A stretch of 64,000 nt of DNA, taken from assembly GCA_002104905.1 (NCBI GenBank), contig MCFE01000406.1, positions 1 to 64,000 of the forward strand, given 5' to 3'. The notes under the pieces are model-generated. The model was not told where the DNA came from, did no database searches, and saw only the letters and a program-made list of their open reading frames with translations. The stretch comes from Basidiobolus meristosporus CBS 931.73 (Eukaryota > Fungi > Basidiobolomycota). The position numbers were made by a program, and so were the translations under genes. Each line of letters opens with the position of its first letter. The first letter of the stretch is position 1. Shown here piece by piece: positions 1 to 13,566 of this stretch.

Positions 1-272
1 GTTGACTCATCTGGTGCTGTCTCATTTTCACGAGTTGATACGATGGGTTCTTTCCGGCTGATCTTCTCAACTCCATCTCTCAACATTCCTAAATTTGTCT
101 AGAGAAAAGTCAGAACAATTTGTGATAGAAACTTCATATGAGAGAATAGTCCGACCGAGATGCTTTCACCCATTTTACTGATTATCCCTGCCAGGGAATT
201 ACTTGAGTTGACGCAAGATTGAAGTTCAGCCTCTTGGGTAAGTATTAATTGCTCTGTAGAAAGGTCACTCAT
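1..272 (-). CDS. Possible 5' part of an unidentified gene running off the left edge
   Basis: ATG at 272 gives MSDLSTEQLILTQEAELQSCVNSS...KM. A GTGAAA donor near 168 and TTTAG acceptor near 89 continue it as GMLRDGVEKISRKEPIV, open to base 1. No recognisable homology. Confidence 0.25.
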
Positions 273-1439
273 TACGGTGGACACACTGAGGTGAATTGTA
301 CAAAATAAAGATCTACATGAGTCAAGCACAGGAAATGTGGATTATTTAAACTTTGTGAGAATCACCACAGCGTACAGGCGTCGCAAAGTGTATTGGTGTT
401 TGTACTAGCATTGCATTATATACCAGTCATCATTGATGCGTAGCTTACATCACGCAGTCATGATTGTGGGCTATAAAGTACCGATACCTACCGTAACTCC
501 ACATGGGCTGCACTAAGAGATAGAGAGGGGCAATAGCCTCAGAGGTCTTGGCCTTATGACGTGAAGCCTGATGTAGTGATTATGAGATTTTCATCATGCA
601 CTGTGTGAGTAAATATAAACCACTTTCTAAACATGCAAAGTTTTAGAACAATTCAGAAAGTTATATGTCGTGCAATAATGTCTAGAAGCAGAGTAGTGTC
701 ATACAGACAGGAATGGTCTATATAAGGAAGTTTCGTTGAAATGAGCTTATGCCTTAAGCAGCCTACTTCAATACCTAATACTGAAGTCATGTATATTGCT
801 ACTATTTTAAAGAGAGTGGATGTATTTGCGATGTTGAATTCTATCTGATCAAACATTCCCAACCCTACATTTTATTTGCTACCAACTTTGTGACCATGAG
901 GAACTCTTCTGCAGAATATCTCCTTCATTCAGATGCGGACAGGGATTCAATTCAAGAGCCTCACATTGATAAGCATTACTCCAAGAAAGATACTATCTCA
1001 GGGCTCAAAGATAAAATGAGTGGTTCGATTACGGTGTGTAACTGGTGTTACTGCAATTAACTTTTTTGCTCAGTCCCTAACCATCAAATTAGTCTAGCGT
1101 CGGGTCGATTCTTGGTAACGACACTATGAAGAAGAATGGGGAAGTTAAAATTAGCAAAGGAGAGGGGAAACTAAAGCAATGTGGAATGAACCCTAAATTG
1201 CCAGATGGTAATCATGATGGCTGCCAAAAATTAGGCCCCGAGGATGACTTTCATGTGTACTATACATGCAGTGGAAGACCCAATCCAGGTGACATGGCTT
1301 AGAAATGGAGTTAACAGTAGTGATGAATACTCGTTGGTAAGATATCACCGGAGAATAATTCCAATTCAGGAATTGGTTTTCTCACAAACAAACTAACAAA
1401 ATAACGCAGAATTGTAGAAACACCCAAAAGGTATAAATG

Positions 1440-2880
1440 TAAAGCTGTTTAAAAGCCCCAAACTTTGCATACATTATCCTGGAACCTCACCCAGTGAATT
1501 GATAGCATTTTTTTGATTAAATGCCACAAAAATATATAGGCTAAATTTCAACTAAATAAGCCAACGATGAATACCACCTCTTGAATAATAAAAACAGATT
1601 AATTGAATGTAAAAGTAGTACCTATACTTTTACATAGTCTTGGAAAAACAAACGCGTAAAATACGTTTAGGAAGGTCTTAAGAACATGTGTGCAAAGTTT
1701 GGGGTTGTTTGGACAACTTATCAATTTTTCATGTTCTGGGTACCTGATGTTTGTTGTAAAAATTCGTAATTGCACCTAACTATTCACCTAACTTAGTCAC
1801 TTAGATCATTACCTTCAAACCCTAGAGAATACTGACCAAATTCCTTGTCGAGATTTACTTAGAATATTTACCCAGAACATGAATATTCTCAAAGTTGCCC
1901 AAACAGCCCCAAACTTTGCACACATGTTCTTGGGACCTTCCTAAGCCTATTCTATGTGTTTGTTATGCCAAGACCATGTAAAAGTATAAATACTACTTTT
2001 ACATTCAATAAATCATTAAGTGAAAACCACATAATATACTTGTTCTCCCAATCACTTCCAATATCTCCAAAACTCTTGCAACAATATTTTGGTGAATTAT
2101 TCAATTGGTAAATCCTAACAAGGAATTTGGGCAGAATTCTCTGATTTTTAGACCATGATCTAGGTGACTAAGTTAAGAGAATATTTAGGTGAAATACAAA
2201 ATTTACTACAGGGACCACATGCAAATCTCTATATCCTGAGGACATGAAGTATGCAAGAGTAATGAGGCACTATCAAATTAAAATGTATTATTCTCAGTAA
2301 CAACTGTATAGCAAGTAAAATGGGAATCTGGAATTGGTTTGGGATTATTACAAAGTTTGAGTGAAACTCAAATCTAATCTTGAATCCAAAGCTTTAGTGA
2401 AAGCAATTATGTATGGGAAGTTTGTTGAATTGGTGTGATAAGTGGAGTGAGGCTCTTGTTATCATCAAGCAACATGAGTATGACTAGACTGTGTGGGATC
2501 TTACAAGACTTACCAAGTGCTTAAGAGCATCATTTCCATTGTTGAGGTTATTGTAAGTACTCAGTTAACACTTGAACCATTCATATGCCTTAAGATCTAT
2601 TTAGCTTATCGCTAAATTATGAATTATTTACTTATAATTTGGTTCGTAAGCTAATTCTTGGAATTAGTGAAGGCCTGGATATTATCAAAATTTTCAAACT
2701 CGCCCAAAAGCCCCCAAACTTTCCACACAACTTCTTGGGACCTTTCTTAAAGCATTCTTATCATCGGCTTCACTAAGTTCTCCTAGAAGTGTGTATATTT
2801 TATTTGAACTCAATAAAACAAGTGAATATCATGTAGTTCTTCTAGTTCTCCAAATCACTTCCAATACTGCCTAGAATCTT
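1440..2880. repeat. Degenerate AT-rich repeat cluster with nested inverted copies (foldback/MITE- or satellite-like)
   Basis: 1602-1742 is the reverse complement of 1869-2009, and 1756-1858 is the reverse complement of 2108-2206 (both roughly 80-85% identical by eye). The core motif GCCCCAAACTTTGCACACA recurs in diverged form near 1455, 1907 and 2710. Confidence 0.8.
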
Positions 2881-5711
2881 ACAGTAGAAGTGAGATTTGT
2901 GAGACAAGAATGTGTGAGGTGTACAATAAAATTTTGTCAGAGATTGATTAAACCTCATTGCATTTGCTATCAGTTTTCATATCTCTACTTTCCAACACCA
3001 TGCAGTAATATGCTCTGGGAATTTTTTCCCGACTTTTAAAAAGCCGTCACAATTTGTTGGTACCAGGTGTTGTTAAAATATATCTATGCTGTTTTTACGT
3101 GATAAATCACAAACCCCCGTAAGTCTTTCGTCATTTCCAGATTCGCCTTGCAGCGTGAGTGCTGGGAAGTTTTTTGATAACTTTACAGAGGGCCTCAGTG
3201 TATAAGTATTTTCTTAAACAAAGGTGTATTATTAATTATTGTCAATTTTCTGGTAATCTGGAGCATTTGTACTTGTCATTAATTTTCAAGTGGCTTGCCA
3301 ATAATGATTGAAAGCCTCTAAGCCTGATATGCCATATGAGCATCTGTGGTAATCTTATTAAACTATGTAGGCTAATGTGCACTTACATTAATAGCCTAAT
3401 CTATAGATTTCATGTATCCACCACTGTTGCTTACTAACAAAGCTAATGGTAGTACATGACCATAGTGGTACTAAATTGGTGAGTGTGAGAGAGAAACTCG
3501 ATGTCAACGTTTCATCATTTTTGAAAGATGCCGCATTTTTCAAGTAGCTCCCAACTTGCAAAAACGCATAATTGCCAGTGCTAAACGGCGTTAAATGCAT
3601 GTTTTTCATCTTGTCATATAGCTATTCATGTTGCGCAGGCTAGATCGCTGAAGCAGATATCAAAGCTGAACCTTGAAACAGTTCATACTTGCAGTTCTTC
3701 GATGAACATGGAATTTGCTGTTTCAAAAATGCCGGTAAAAGGGCTATAAATAAGTGTTGGAATAGTCACAAGCGGAAGGTATTCTCAAATTACTGCCACG
3801 TTGAACCTGGATTTAGCGTAATCAGATGACCTACTATACACAAAATACTATGTTCAGCTGACTGCATCCATAGGTAACTAATACACAAAACTCCCCAACG
3901 GACAGGGATGTTTGTATGTCATATGGATCTCTGATTGTTTTATCATTTGAAACCAATGTTTCTATTTATTGGATGAAACTGAAAGCAAATGCTGGGTGAA
4001 CGTAGCTGTCGTAGACCGTCTACACGACGGAACTTTTGAGGATGCATCATATTACCAGTGCTTACTGCTCCCTAATTTCAAAACACATGACGGTAGAGTA
4101 TGTAATTAATACTGGGGTCTCTCAAACAGCTGTTGGGTACTAGGGACACCACCCTCATAAGAAAGCATTGGTCTGAGAATCGGCATGAGCTGCTTTCTTG
4201 AATGATGTGCTCTGCTCCATACAATGAATACCTAATTTAAATGACAGGGTTTGCAGAAAAGCACCTGAGTGGTGGTTTGCATTCCCTAATAGAACGCAAA
4301 TTTCTATCGCTTAGAGTATTCTCTCAGACAATATCCGAGCAATATATTTGGTTTAAGATAAAGTAAGCTTGGTTCGATATTGAGAATACCCATCCACTAA
4401 TACCCACAGCCTGCTGGGTTGCGCAAGAAATATTTCCATAGCCGTGAACAGACAAAGACATCAAACGGTTATACTGAAACCTGGCAACGCTACAAATCTG
4501 GCACACAATGACATCATAATGCCTTGACATTTCCTATTTTATAGTTGAGTTCTCCACCGAGGATTTGCTCACCAAATATGATGAAGCTGAAACTTGCTCA
4601 TATGAGTCGAAATCACTGAATATGTCCAATCTGTTCCTACTCATCAACCAAGCACTGGCCTATCGAGTGCCGATTGAGACGTAGCATTTCGGGTGTGTTG
4701 CCTTGATCCTTCTCGATACGGATCGAAATGGCAAGTTCTCACAGCGAATTTGATCGCCTTGATTGGGTGGTGTATGCGTCGTACGCCATTACTGCTTCGT
4801 CCCCAGATCGTGAATCTGGTGCAAACAGAAATCGCTCCTCCCCCCCAAAAACAATCAATTTGTAGATGAACAGGCTCACATGAACGATATCCCAGCCCCT
4901 AAGATCCATATCATGCTCTTACGAATACGTAACTCACATGAATCTTTTTTGCTGACCCGCACTCGCCATACCCCCTTTCCGTACATTGCTTCTAGTTACT
5001 GCGTTCCATCCGTACTCTATTCAGGGAAAGAGCACCGAGGCTATAGCCTGAACTAATCATGACTTGGCGTATGGATTTTCTAGAGTGATATTTGGACATT
5101 TCTAGCCGAAGTGTGGTACATATATGGAAGTTGGAGCGGATCGTATTCTTTTACTCAGTTGTTCGACTGCTTTAAATAACTGAATGTAGCCATTATTGAT
5201 TACAAATATAGACTATGTGCAAAATTTGTATTGCAGCTCATTGACAATAAAGTTTAACTACAGGCCATACATTCAACAAACTGGTTATTAAATTATCCGC
5301 CGAACAGAGTGATCTGAATTGCCATGAAAGTCATCCATATTAGGATGTCATCATTACCATCTTGTGCATAGGATTCAACCAGTACTTGGGCCTGTCCTTA
5401 CCCTTTTTTTGCATGTTGATTTGAGAAGGCTTTGTAAAGTTACTTCGATTAATTCAAAATATTCCGTTTCTACCCCAGTAGCCTCTTTTGTTACTTTTCT
5501 ACCCAACTACTCCGTGATATTTTTCTGATAGAAGAGTCTGGCTCTCACTCTAAACCTTCATATCGAGTGCTAATATTTCATAACACTCATACGGGTTATT
5601 TGTGTAAATTAATCCTTCCGAGTAGAGTAATCCTATCTTTATACCTCTTCAAAACTTACACACATTATCGTAAATCCGGTTTGCCACAACTTTGAAATCC
5701 ACTCTTCTATA

Positions 5712-8700
5712 ATGACAACAGATTTCCTACGATGTGTGGAAACTGTACTGACCTCCATGACTCGGGGTAATCTTCAAAACCACTCTATTGTAAACGCTGG
5801 CACCACTGCCTTGGAGAAGCAAGTAGAACTCGCTCTACTGCAGGTGATACAGCGCCAGAGTCACCTCGAGAATCAAGTAGAAAGGTACCAACAATTACTT
5901 GGCCACAGTTTGGATATGGAAATGTCTACTGCAGATGGCACCTCTCACGGGTTTTTAGCACTGGAAGCAGCTCAATTAGCCAAGGACAGCACTGATATAC
6001 ATGCTAGTCTAAGGCAAGCTGAGCAAATTGCCTTTCTTCCACACACACAGTATTCAGCTTTCTTTCCCAATCCTGAGGACCCCATATATTCCACTTCCTT
6101 TCCTGGTGAACATTCGGAACAAATCAAAGGTTGTATCGAAGAGTGTACTAGTGTGGCGGTCGCCATCACTAACGGAGACCTTTCCCAACGTGCTACTTGC
6201 CAGAAGTTATCTGGACCAGCTTTGAAATTGCAAACTGCCATGAACAACATGGCTGAGAAATTAGAAACACTCTCCGCAGAGGTACTTCACGTGCAGCATG
6301 AAATGGCCGAGATGGGGAAGTTGCGTATTCAAAGTGAAACTGAGAACTGGAGTGGCTCTTGGAAGGAAATCATGATCAATATCAATCGAGTGGCTGCTAC
6401 ACACTCAGCACAGGTTCGTGATATTGCGGAAGTATGTACATCGGTAGCTCAAGGGGACCTTTCGAAAAAGATCACAGTCGACCTCAAAGGCGAAACGTTA
6501 TTGCTGAAAAATACTATCAACACGATGGTCGATCAATTGAATTCGTTTGCCTCGGAGGTAACCCGTGTTGCTCATGAAGTCGGTACTGAGGGAAAACTGG
6601 GAGTTCAAGCGGATGTCCCAGAAGTCGGTGGAACATGGAAATTACTAACAGACAATGTTAACCTTATGGCATCCAATCTGACGGATCAAGTTCGAGATAT
6701 TGCAAATGTTAGCAAAGCTGTGGCGAAAGGTGATCTATCGAAGAAGGTTACTGTGAATGTTAAAGGAGAAATGCACGGGCTAAAGACCACGATAAATACT
6801 ATGGTCGATCAGCTGCAAACATTTGCCACTGAAGTAACTCGAGTGTCACTTGAGGTAGGAACTGAAGGAAAACTTGGAGGACAAGCGGTGGTCAAAGACG
6901 TCGGAGGCACTTGGAAGGACCTCACCGACAATGTAAACTTGATGGCCTCCAACCTTACCGATCAGGTGCGAGATATCGCTAACGTGAGCAAAGCCATTTC
7001 CGTTGGTGATTTGTCAAAGAAGATCACAGTGGATGTCAAAGGAGAGATCTATGAGCTGAAGACGACGATCAATACTATGGTGGACCAGCTGCAGACGTTT
7101 GCATCGGAGGTGACTCGAGTAGCTCGAGAAGTCGGGACTGAAGGAAAGCTCGGAGGACAAGCAGTAGTCAAGGATGTTGGTGGTACATGGAAAGATCTTA
7201 CTGATCATGTAAACATGATGGCTTCCAATCTTACAAATCAGGTTCGAGATATTGCGAATGTCAGTAAAGCTGTGGCGAAAGGTGATCTATCGAAGAAGGT
7301 TACCGTTGATGTCAAAGGTGAGATCAATGAAGTAAAAGTTACCATCAACACTATGGTGGACCAACTGCAGACATTTGCCTCCGAGGTAACGCGAGTGGCT
7401 CGAGAAGTAGGAACTGAAGGAAAGCTTGGAGGACAAGCGGTGGTCAAAGACGTCGGAGGCACTTGGAAGGACCTCACAGACAACGTAAACTTGATGGCCT
7501 CCAACCTTACCGATCAGGTGCGAGATATCGCTAACGTGAGCAAAGCCATTTCCGTTGGTGATTTGTCAAAGAAGATCACAGTGGATGTCAAAGGAGAGAT
7601 CTATGAGCTGAAGACGACGATCAATACTATGGTGGACCAGCTGCAGACGTTTGCATCGGAGGTGACTCGAGTAGCTCGAGAAGTCGGGACCGAAGGAAAG
7701 CTCGGAGGACAAGCAGTAGTCAAGGATGTTGGTGGTACATGGAAAGATCTTACTGATCATGTAAACATGATGGCTTCCAATCTCACTGCCCAAGTACGAG
7801 ATATTGCTCATGTTAGTAAAGCAATTTCAGTCGGGGATTTATCAAAGAAGGTTACCGTTGATGTCAAAGGTGAGATAAATGAACTCAAGATGACGATTAA
7901 TACGATGGTTGATCAGCTGCAAACATTTGCGTCTGAGGTAACGCGAGTAGCTCGAGAAGTAGGCACCGAGGGGAGACTTGGAGGTCAAGCAGTTGTCAAA
8001 GACGTTGGTGGAACCTGGAAAGACCTCACCGACAATGTGAACATGATGGCATCGAATCTTACAAATCAAGTTCGAGATATAGCAAATGTGAGCAAAGCAG
8101 TTGCCCGAGGCGATCTCTCCAAGAAAGTAACAGTGAACGTCAAAGGCGAAATGCTAGATCTAAAGAATACTATCAATACAATGGTGGTACAGTTACAGAC
8201 GTTTGCTTCAGAAGTTACGCGTGTGGCAAGAGAAGTAGGAACCGAAGGCAAACTAGGAGGTCAAGCAGTCGTCAAGGATGTTGGTGGTACATGGAAAGAT
8301 CTTACCGAAAACGTCAACATGATGGCATCCAATCTTACAAACCAGGTTCGAGATATTGCGAATGTCAGTAAAGCTGTGGCGAAAGGTGATCTATCGAAGA
8401 AGGTTACTGTGAATGTTAAAGGAGAGATCAATGAGCTCAAAATGACAATCAACACTATGGTGGACCAACTGCAGACATTTGCCTCCGAGGTAACGCGAGT
8501 GGCTCGAGAAGTAGGAACTGAAGGAAAGCTTGGAGGACAAGCGGTGGTCAAAGACGTCGGAGGCACTTGGAAGGACCTCACAGACAACGTAAACTTGATG
8601 GCCTCCAACCTTACCGATCAGGTGCGAGATATCGCTAACGTGAGCAAAGCCATTTCCGTTGGTGATTTGTCAAAGAAGATCACAGTGGATGTCAAAGGAG

Positions 8701-11700
8701 AGATCTATGAGCTGAAGACGACGATCAATACTATGGTGGACCAGCTGCAGACGTTTGCATCGGAGGTGACTCGAGTAGCTCGAGAAGTCGGGACTGAAGG
8801 AAAGCTCGGAGGACAAGCAGTAGTCAAGGATGTTGGTGGTACATGGAAGGTCCTCACAGATAATGTCAACTTAATGGCATCCAATCTCACTGGCCAAGTA
8901 CGAGATATTGCGAATGTCAGCAAAGCTGTAGCCCGTGGTGATTTATCAAAGAAAGTTACGGTAAATGTCAAAGGTGAAATGCTCGAACTCAAAAACACTA
9001 TCAACACCATGGTTGATCAGCTGCAAACATTTGCGTCTGAGGTAACGCGAGTAGCCCGAGAGGTCGGTACTCAAGGAAAGCTTGGAGGACAAGCGGTGGT
9101 CAAAGACGTCGGAGGCACTTGGAAGGACCTCACCGACAATGTGAACATGATGGCATCGAATCTTACAAATCAGGTGCGAGATATAGCAAATGTTAGCAAG
9201 GCTGTCGCCAAAGGGGACCTTTCTAAAAAGGTTACAGTGGACGTCAAAGGCGAAATCAAAGAGCTGAAGGTTACGATCAATACTATGGTGGATCAACTGC
9301 AAACCTTTGCTTCGGAAGTCACGCGTGTGGCCAGAGAAGTCGGAACTGAAGGAAAGCTCGGCGGACAGGCTGTTGTTACTGACGTTGGAGGTACTTGGAA
9401 AGACCTAACCGAAAACGTCAATATGATGGCCTGGAATCTGACAAGTCAAGTTCGTGATATCGCCAACGTTAGCAAAGCCGTCGCAACTGGTGATCTGTCT
9501 AAAAAGGTCACAGTCAATGTCAAAGGAGAGATACTGGATCTCAAATTAACCATCAATACTATGGTGGATCAGCTACGTACCTTCGCAGCAGAAGTGACTC
9601 GTGTAGCGAGAGAAGTCGGTACAGAAGGTAAACTAGGAGGTCAAGCTGTCGTTAAGGACGTTGGTGGAACTTGGAAAGACTTGACTGAGAATGTAAATAT
9701 GATGGCATCGAATCTGACAGCTCAAGTTCGAGATATAGCAAATGTCAGTAAAGCTGTAGCCCAGGGTGATCTCTCTAAGAAAATTACTGTCAACGTCAAA
9801 GGAGAAATGCTGGATCTCAAAAACACAATCAACACAATGGTCGACCAATTACAGACATTTGCTACCGAAGTCACAAGAGTCTCACTCGAAGTTGGAACCG
9901 AGGGTAAACTAGGAGGTCAAGCAATCGTTAAAGATGTTGCTGGAGTATGGAAAGAGCTCACTGATAATGTGAATATCATGGCTGAGAATCTTACGGGACA
10001 AGTAAGATCGATTGCCGAAGTGACCACGGCAGTGGCATGTGGTGATTTATCCAAGAAGATTAATGTGGACGTCAAAGGAGAAATCTATGAGCTGAAAACA
10101 ACTGTTAACTCTATGGTAGATCAACTTCGAACGTTTGCTGCTGAAGTCACTCGCGTTGCTAGAGAGGTAGGAACTGAAGGTAGGCTTGGTGGTCAAGCCG
10201 TCGTCAAAGACGTTGGAGGAACTTGGAAAGACCTAACCGATAATGTCAACTTGATGGCTTCCAATCTAACGAATCAAGTTCGTGATATCGCCAATGTTAG
10301 CAAATCGATTGTACGTGGCGACCTATCAACCAAAGTTACCGTCAATGTCAAAGGTGAAATGCTAGACCTCAAAGATACAATCAATACTATGGTCGACCAG
10401 CTGCAAACATTTGCTACCGAAGTCACCAGAGTTTCATTGGAAGTGGGGACTGAAGGCAAATTAGGCGGTCAGGCAGTTGTAAAAGATGTTGCTGGTGTAT
10501 GGAAAAATCTCACTGATAATGTGAATACAATGGCTGCCAATCTTACTGGACAGGTTCGCTCAATCGCCGCCGTTACAACTGCAGTCGCGCGAGGAGATTT
10601 GTCGAAGAAAATTTCAATTAACGTAAAGGGCGAGATCCTGGAATTAAAAGACACCGTTAATTCCATGGTTGACCAGTTGCGTACTTTCGCTGCTGAGGTT
10701 ACCCGTGTGGCGCGCGAGGTTGGAACTGAGGGTAAATTGGGGGGACAGGCCGTTGTCAAAGATGTCGACGGAACCTGGAAGGATCTAACTGACAATGTCA
10801 ATTTGATGGCCTCCAACCTAACCGCACAAGTACGTGACATCGCTAATGTCAGTAAAGCCGTCGCTTGTGGTGATCTCTCGAAGAAAGTAACGGTGAATGT
10901 AAAGGGCGAAATGTTGGATCTGAAGAGTACTATTAATACCATGGTAGATCAACTCAACTTGTTTGCCGCTGAAGTAACCAGAGTTGCCCGAGAAGTAGGA
11001 ACAGAAGGAAACCTCGGAGCTCAAGCCCAGGTCAACGATGTCCTAGGCATTTGGCAAGAAATCACAAACAACGTGAATACAATGGCGGCTAATCTAACTA
11101 CCCAAGTTCGAGCCTTTGCTCAGATCTCTGCAGCAGCTACTGATGGTGATTTCACCAGGTATATTACTGTTGAGGCGTCTGGTGAGATGGACTCTTTGAA
11201 GACGAAAATCAACCAGATGGTCTATAATCTTCGTGAGAGCATCCAACGAAACTTGGCTGCTAGGGAGGCTGCGGAACTGGCGAATAGAGCAAAAAGCGAG
11301 TTTTTAGCCAATATGTCGCATGAGATTCGTACTCCTATGAACGGCATCATTGGAATGACAGTGCTGACACTAGAATCCGATCTTACTCGCCAGCAGAGAG
11401 AAAATCTTACTATCGTAAGCCAATTAGCCAACTCTCTATTGACAATTATCGACGACATCCTGGATATTTCCAAAATCGAGGCTGGAAAGCTTGTCGTTGA
11501 GCAAATCTCATTCTCCTTAAGAAATTCGATGTTCAGCGTACTCAAGACTCTGGCAGTTAAAGCTCATCAAAAGCGGTTAGACCTCATCTATGATATCGAT
11601 AAGGATATTCCCGATCAGCTTATCGGGGATCCTCTTAGGTTACGGCAAGTTATCACAAACTTGGTGGGAAATGCCATCAAGTTTACCACCGAAGGACAGG

Positions 11701-12794
11701 TGATATTACAAGCCACTGTCAAGGAGATAACCGATGGAAATGTGATCTTGACCTTTTGCGTAAGCGATACCGGAATTGGTATTCAAAGCGACAAATTCAA
11801 CTTGATTTTCGATACCTTTTCGCAAGCCGACGGCTCAACCACTCGAAAATATGGCGGCACTGGACTGGGCCTTTCTATTTCCAAGCAACTTGTCCAACTC
11901 ATGGGCGGTGACCTTTGGGTCAATAGCGTTTATGGTGAAGGAAGTGATTTCTATTTCACCATTCTATTCAAACGTGGTGCGATGTCACTAGATCTCCTGG
12001 AGCAGCGCATTACAATGTTCCGTAAGAGATATGTCCTATTCTTAAACACAAAGAATCACCCCGACAGTGATGAGGTGCTTTGCATGCTCAAAGGGCTACA
12101 TTTGAGGCCTGTTAAGGTCTCTTCCGTCAAAGAAGCTGTAGAGATTGCTAGCTCCTCGAAACCGGATACTCCTCTATTTGAAATGGTTATCGTAGACGAC
12201 TTGTCGGATGTCGAAAGAATCCGCACTCACCCTTGCCTACGATATGTGCCAGTAGTCCTATTGGCAATAACCATGCCGATGCAATTGAAGATGAAAAACT
12301 GTATCGATATGTTGATCACTTCATATATCAACCTGCCTGTAACTCCTCCTGAATTGACGAATGCGCTAATGCCAGCTTTGGAATCCCACATTGCGTTGAC
12401 GACTGAAACTAGTGGCAAAAACCTGAAGATCCTTCTAGCAGAAGATAACTTGGTTAATCAAAAGCTGGCTGCCAAAATACTAGAGAAGCATGGACATGAG
12501 GTGACCATTGTGTCCAATGGATTGTTAGCTGTTGAAGCGATCGAAAACCAGCGATTTGACCTGATCTTGATGGACGTTCAGATGCCGATAATGGGTGGTT
12601 TTGAAGCCACAGCACGGATTCGTGAAATGGAGCGAACCACAGGAACACATATTCCTATCATTGCCCTTACTGCGCATGCCATGATAGGAGATCGGGAGAA
12701 ATGCCTCACAGCTGGTATGGATGAGTATGTCACGAAGCCGCTGCGCTTTAATGAGCTTACCACAACTATCAACAAATTCCGTAGTATACCATAA
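5712..12794 (+). CDS. NIK1: Group III hybrid histidine kinase (NIK1/OS-1/COS1 family), poly-HAMP + HisKA + HATPase + receiver; intronless, 2360 aa
   Basis: H-box [17 protein letters not shown]-box [11 protein letters not shown]1 VSDTGIGI, F-box FDTFSQAD, G2 [10 protein letters not shown]-terminal receiver LAEDN...LMDVQMP...TKP. N-terminal repeats [19 protein letters not shown] are characteristic of group III kinases. Confidence 0.97.
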   Translation: MTTDFLRCVETVLTSMTRGNLQNHSIVNAGTTALEKQVELALLQVIQRQSHLENQVERYQQLLGHSLDMEMSTADGTSHGFLALEAAQLAKDSTDIHASLRQAEQIAFLPHTQYSAFFPNPEDPIYSTSFPGEHSEQIKGCIEECTSVAVAITNGDLSQRATCQKLSGPALKLQTAMNNMAEKLETLSAEVLHVQHEMAEMGKLRIQSETENWSGSWKEIMININRVAATHSAQVRDIAEVCTSVAQGDLSKKITVDLKGETLLLKNTINTMVDQLNSFASEVTRVAHEVGTEGKLGVQADVPEVGGTWKLLTDNVNLMASNLTDQVRDIANVSKAVAKGDLSKKVTVNVKGEMHGLKTTINTMVDQLQTFATEVTRVSLEVGTEGKLGGQAVVKDVGGTWKDLTDNVNLMASNLTDQVRDIANVSKAISVGDLSKKITVDVKGEIYELKTTINTMVDQLQTFASEVTRVAREVGTEGKLGGQAVVKDVGGTWKDLTDHVNMMASNLTNQVRDIANVSKAVAKGDLSKKVTVDVKGEINEVKVTINTMVDQLQTFASEVTRVAREVGTEGKLGGQAVVKDVGGTWKDLTDNVNLMASNLTDQVRDIANVSKAISVGDLSKKITVDVKGEIYELKTTINTMVDQLQTFASEVTRVAREVGTEGKLGGQAVVKDVGGTWKDLTDHVNMMASNLTAQVRDIAHVSKAISVGDLSKKVTVDVKGEINELKMTINTMVDQLQTFASEVTRVAREVGTEGRLGGQAVVKDVGGTWKDLTDNVNMMASNLTNQVRDIANVSKAVARGDLSKKVTVNVKGEMLDLKNTINTMVVQLQTFASEVTRVAREVGTEGKLGGQAVVKDVGGTWKDLTENVNMMASNLTNQVRDIANVSKAVAKGDLSKKVTVNVKGEINELKMTINTMVDQLQTFASEVTRVAREVGTEGKLGGQAVVKDVGGTWKDLTDNVNLMASNLTDQVRDIANVSKAISVGDLSKKITVDVKGEIYELKTTINTMVDQLQTFASEVTRVAREVGTEGKLGGQAVVKDVGGTWKVLTDNVNLMASNLTGQVRDIANVSKAVARGDLSKKVTVNVKGEMLELKNTINTMVDQLQTFASEVTRVAREVGTQGKLGGQAVVKDVGGTWKDLTDNVNMMASNLTNQVRDIANVSKAVAKGDLSKKVTVDVKGEIKELKVTINTMVDQLQTFASEVTRVAREVGTEGKLGGQAVVTDVGGTWKDLTENVNMMAWNLTSQVRDIANVSKAVATGDLSKKVTVNVKGEILDLKLTINTMVDQLRTFAAEVTRVAREVGTEGKLGGQAVVKDVGGTWKDLTENVNMMASNLTAQVRDIANVSKAVAQGDLSKKITVNVKGEMLDLKNTINTMVDQLQTFATEVTRVSLEVGTEGKLGGQAIVKDVAGVWKELTDNVNIMAENLTGQVRSIAEVTTAVACGDLSKKINVDVKGEIYELKTTVNSMVDQLRTFAAEVTRVAREVGTEGRLGGQAVVKDVGGTWKDLTDNVNLMASNLTNQVRDIANVSKSIVRGDLSTKVTVNVKGEMLDLKDTINTMVDQLQTFATEVTRVSLEVGTEGKLGGQAVVKDVAGVWKNLTDNVNTMAANLTGQVRSIAAVTTAVARGDLSKKISINVKGEILELKDTVNSMVDQLRTFAAEVTRVAREVGTEGKLGGQAVVKDVDGTWKDLTDNVNLMASNLTAQVRDIANVSKAVACGDLSKKVTVNVKGEMLDLKSTINTMVDQLNLFAAEVTRVAREVGTEGNLGAQAQVNDVLGIWQEITNNVNTMAANLTTQVRAFAQISAAATDGDFTRYITVEASGEMDSLKTKINQMVYNLRESIQRNLAAREAAELANRAKSEFLANMSHEIRTPMNGIIGMTVLTLESDLTRQQRENLTIVSQLANSLLTIIDDILDISKIEAGKLVVEQISFSLRNSMFSVLKTLAVKAHQKRLDLIYDIDKDIPDQLIGDPLRLRQVITNLVGNAIKFTTEGQVILQATVKEITDGNVILTFCVSDTGIGIQSDKFNLIFDTFSQADGSTTRKYGGTGLGLSISKQLVQLMGGDLWVNSVYGEGSDFYFTILFKRGAMSLDLLEQRITMFRKRYVLFLNTKNHPDSDEVLCMLKGLHLRPVKVSSVKEAVEIASSSKPDTPLFEMVIVDDLSDVERIRTHPCLRYVPVVLLAITMPMQLKMKNCIDMLITSYINLPVTPPELTNALMPALESHIALTTETSGKNLKILLAEDNLVNQKLAAKILEKHGHEVTIVSNGLLAVEAIENQRFDLILMDVQMPIMGGFEATARIREMERTTGTHIPIIALTAHAMIGDREKCLTAGMDEYVTKPLRFNELTTTINKFRSIP
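6550..11240 (+). repeat. Intragenic tandem array of 17 x 276-nt (92-aa) poly-HAMP units
   Basis: EVTRV..EVGT occurs 17 times. First and last copies (~6556, ~10975) are about 16 x 276 nt apart. GGACAAGCGG anchors at 6879, 7431, 8535 and 9087 are spaced by multiples of 276. Confidence 0.95.
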
Positions 12795-13306
12795 TCACAA
12801 TTTTGGATATATTTATCGAGCATGGTGTCCTTCACACTACGATGTCTATTTTGCTCCACGAAATGCTACTTTGAATCTGCGATTTTTTCCGACTAACCTG
12901 CCCAATTTCGCTCTTGGGAAGACCACTGGGTATGAGATTTAGAAGGCAGATGTTAGTTTGTTATATATATCATCATTGTAAAATACGCAGGTTAATTGAG
13001 CTTCCAAAAGTAGCGTATCACTATGAGAAAAATAAAGATAATATATAAAGCTGTCGTTACTGAATACAACGCACTCGATAAGTATATATTGGTGTATAGC
13101 GGGGTGATTTTATGGCTATATAAGACACAAAAGCCGGCTAATCCATGAGCTTCTTGCAATAATGATATTTATTGTAGCTATTAAATTCATGTTCACTAGA
13201 GCGCGAATATTTAAATACAATTGAAGTAGTACGGAGAGTTCAGTCAAAGAGTGAGCTGATGAGGTGAACACCGAAGTACACTATCTACATGGCTTTGGCG
13301 GTGGTA

Positions 13307-13566
13307 CTATAAATGAGGCTCACGTCGGTGCTGAATTATTACATACCAGGCATGAGCAACACCTGCAATATCACAAAGTCTAATGTTAGTTGCAAATATC
13401 GAAGTTCGCAAGTGCTCTGTTTACCTGGGATCCATCCAAGAATAGTAAGTCCAATGTTAATCCAGAAATCCACCTTAATGCCACGCTTTAAAAACACAGC
13501 AACGGGAGGAAGGAAGAGAGCAAGAATTAGCTCAAGAATTTCATTAGAGGTCAGATTTGCAGCCAT
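13307..13566 (-). CDS. PMP3: Plasma membrane proteolipid 3 (Pmp3/RCI2/UPF0057 family), 1 intron (13363-13424)
   Basis: Spliced product MAANLTSNEILELILALFLPPVAVFLKRGIKVDFWINIGLTILGWIPGVAHAWYVIIQHRREPHL carries the family motifs LPPVAVF and NIxLTILGWIPG. GT-AG intron with CTAAC branch site. Confidence 0.93.

Noticed and set aside
445-520. LHHAVMIVGY (445-474), resembling the papain catalytic-His motif, with RNS-TW in another frame
   Set aside because: Flanked by stops, with no QxxxGSCW motif or other papain segments nearby; a 10-residue match can arise by chance.
1021-1125. GGTTCGATT and GGGTCGATTC tRNA T-loop-like strings
   Set aside because: No acceptor stem, D-arm or cloverleaf could be built.
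4340-4519. Protein-like frame (WFDIENTHPLIPTACWVAQEIFP) whose stops could be read as C-to-T decay
   Set aside because: Five stops in 60 codons is no fewer than random, and any stop codon is one C-to-T change from a sense codon.
5972-12942. Many repeated antisense and alternate-frame ORFs (e.g. [17 protein letters not shown]...)
   Set aside because: Shadow ORFs of the HAMP kinase; they repeat only because the sense strand does.
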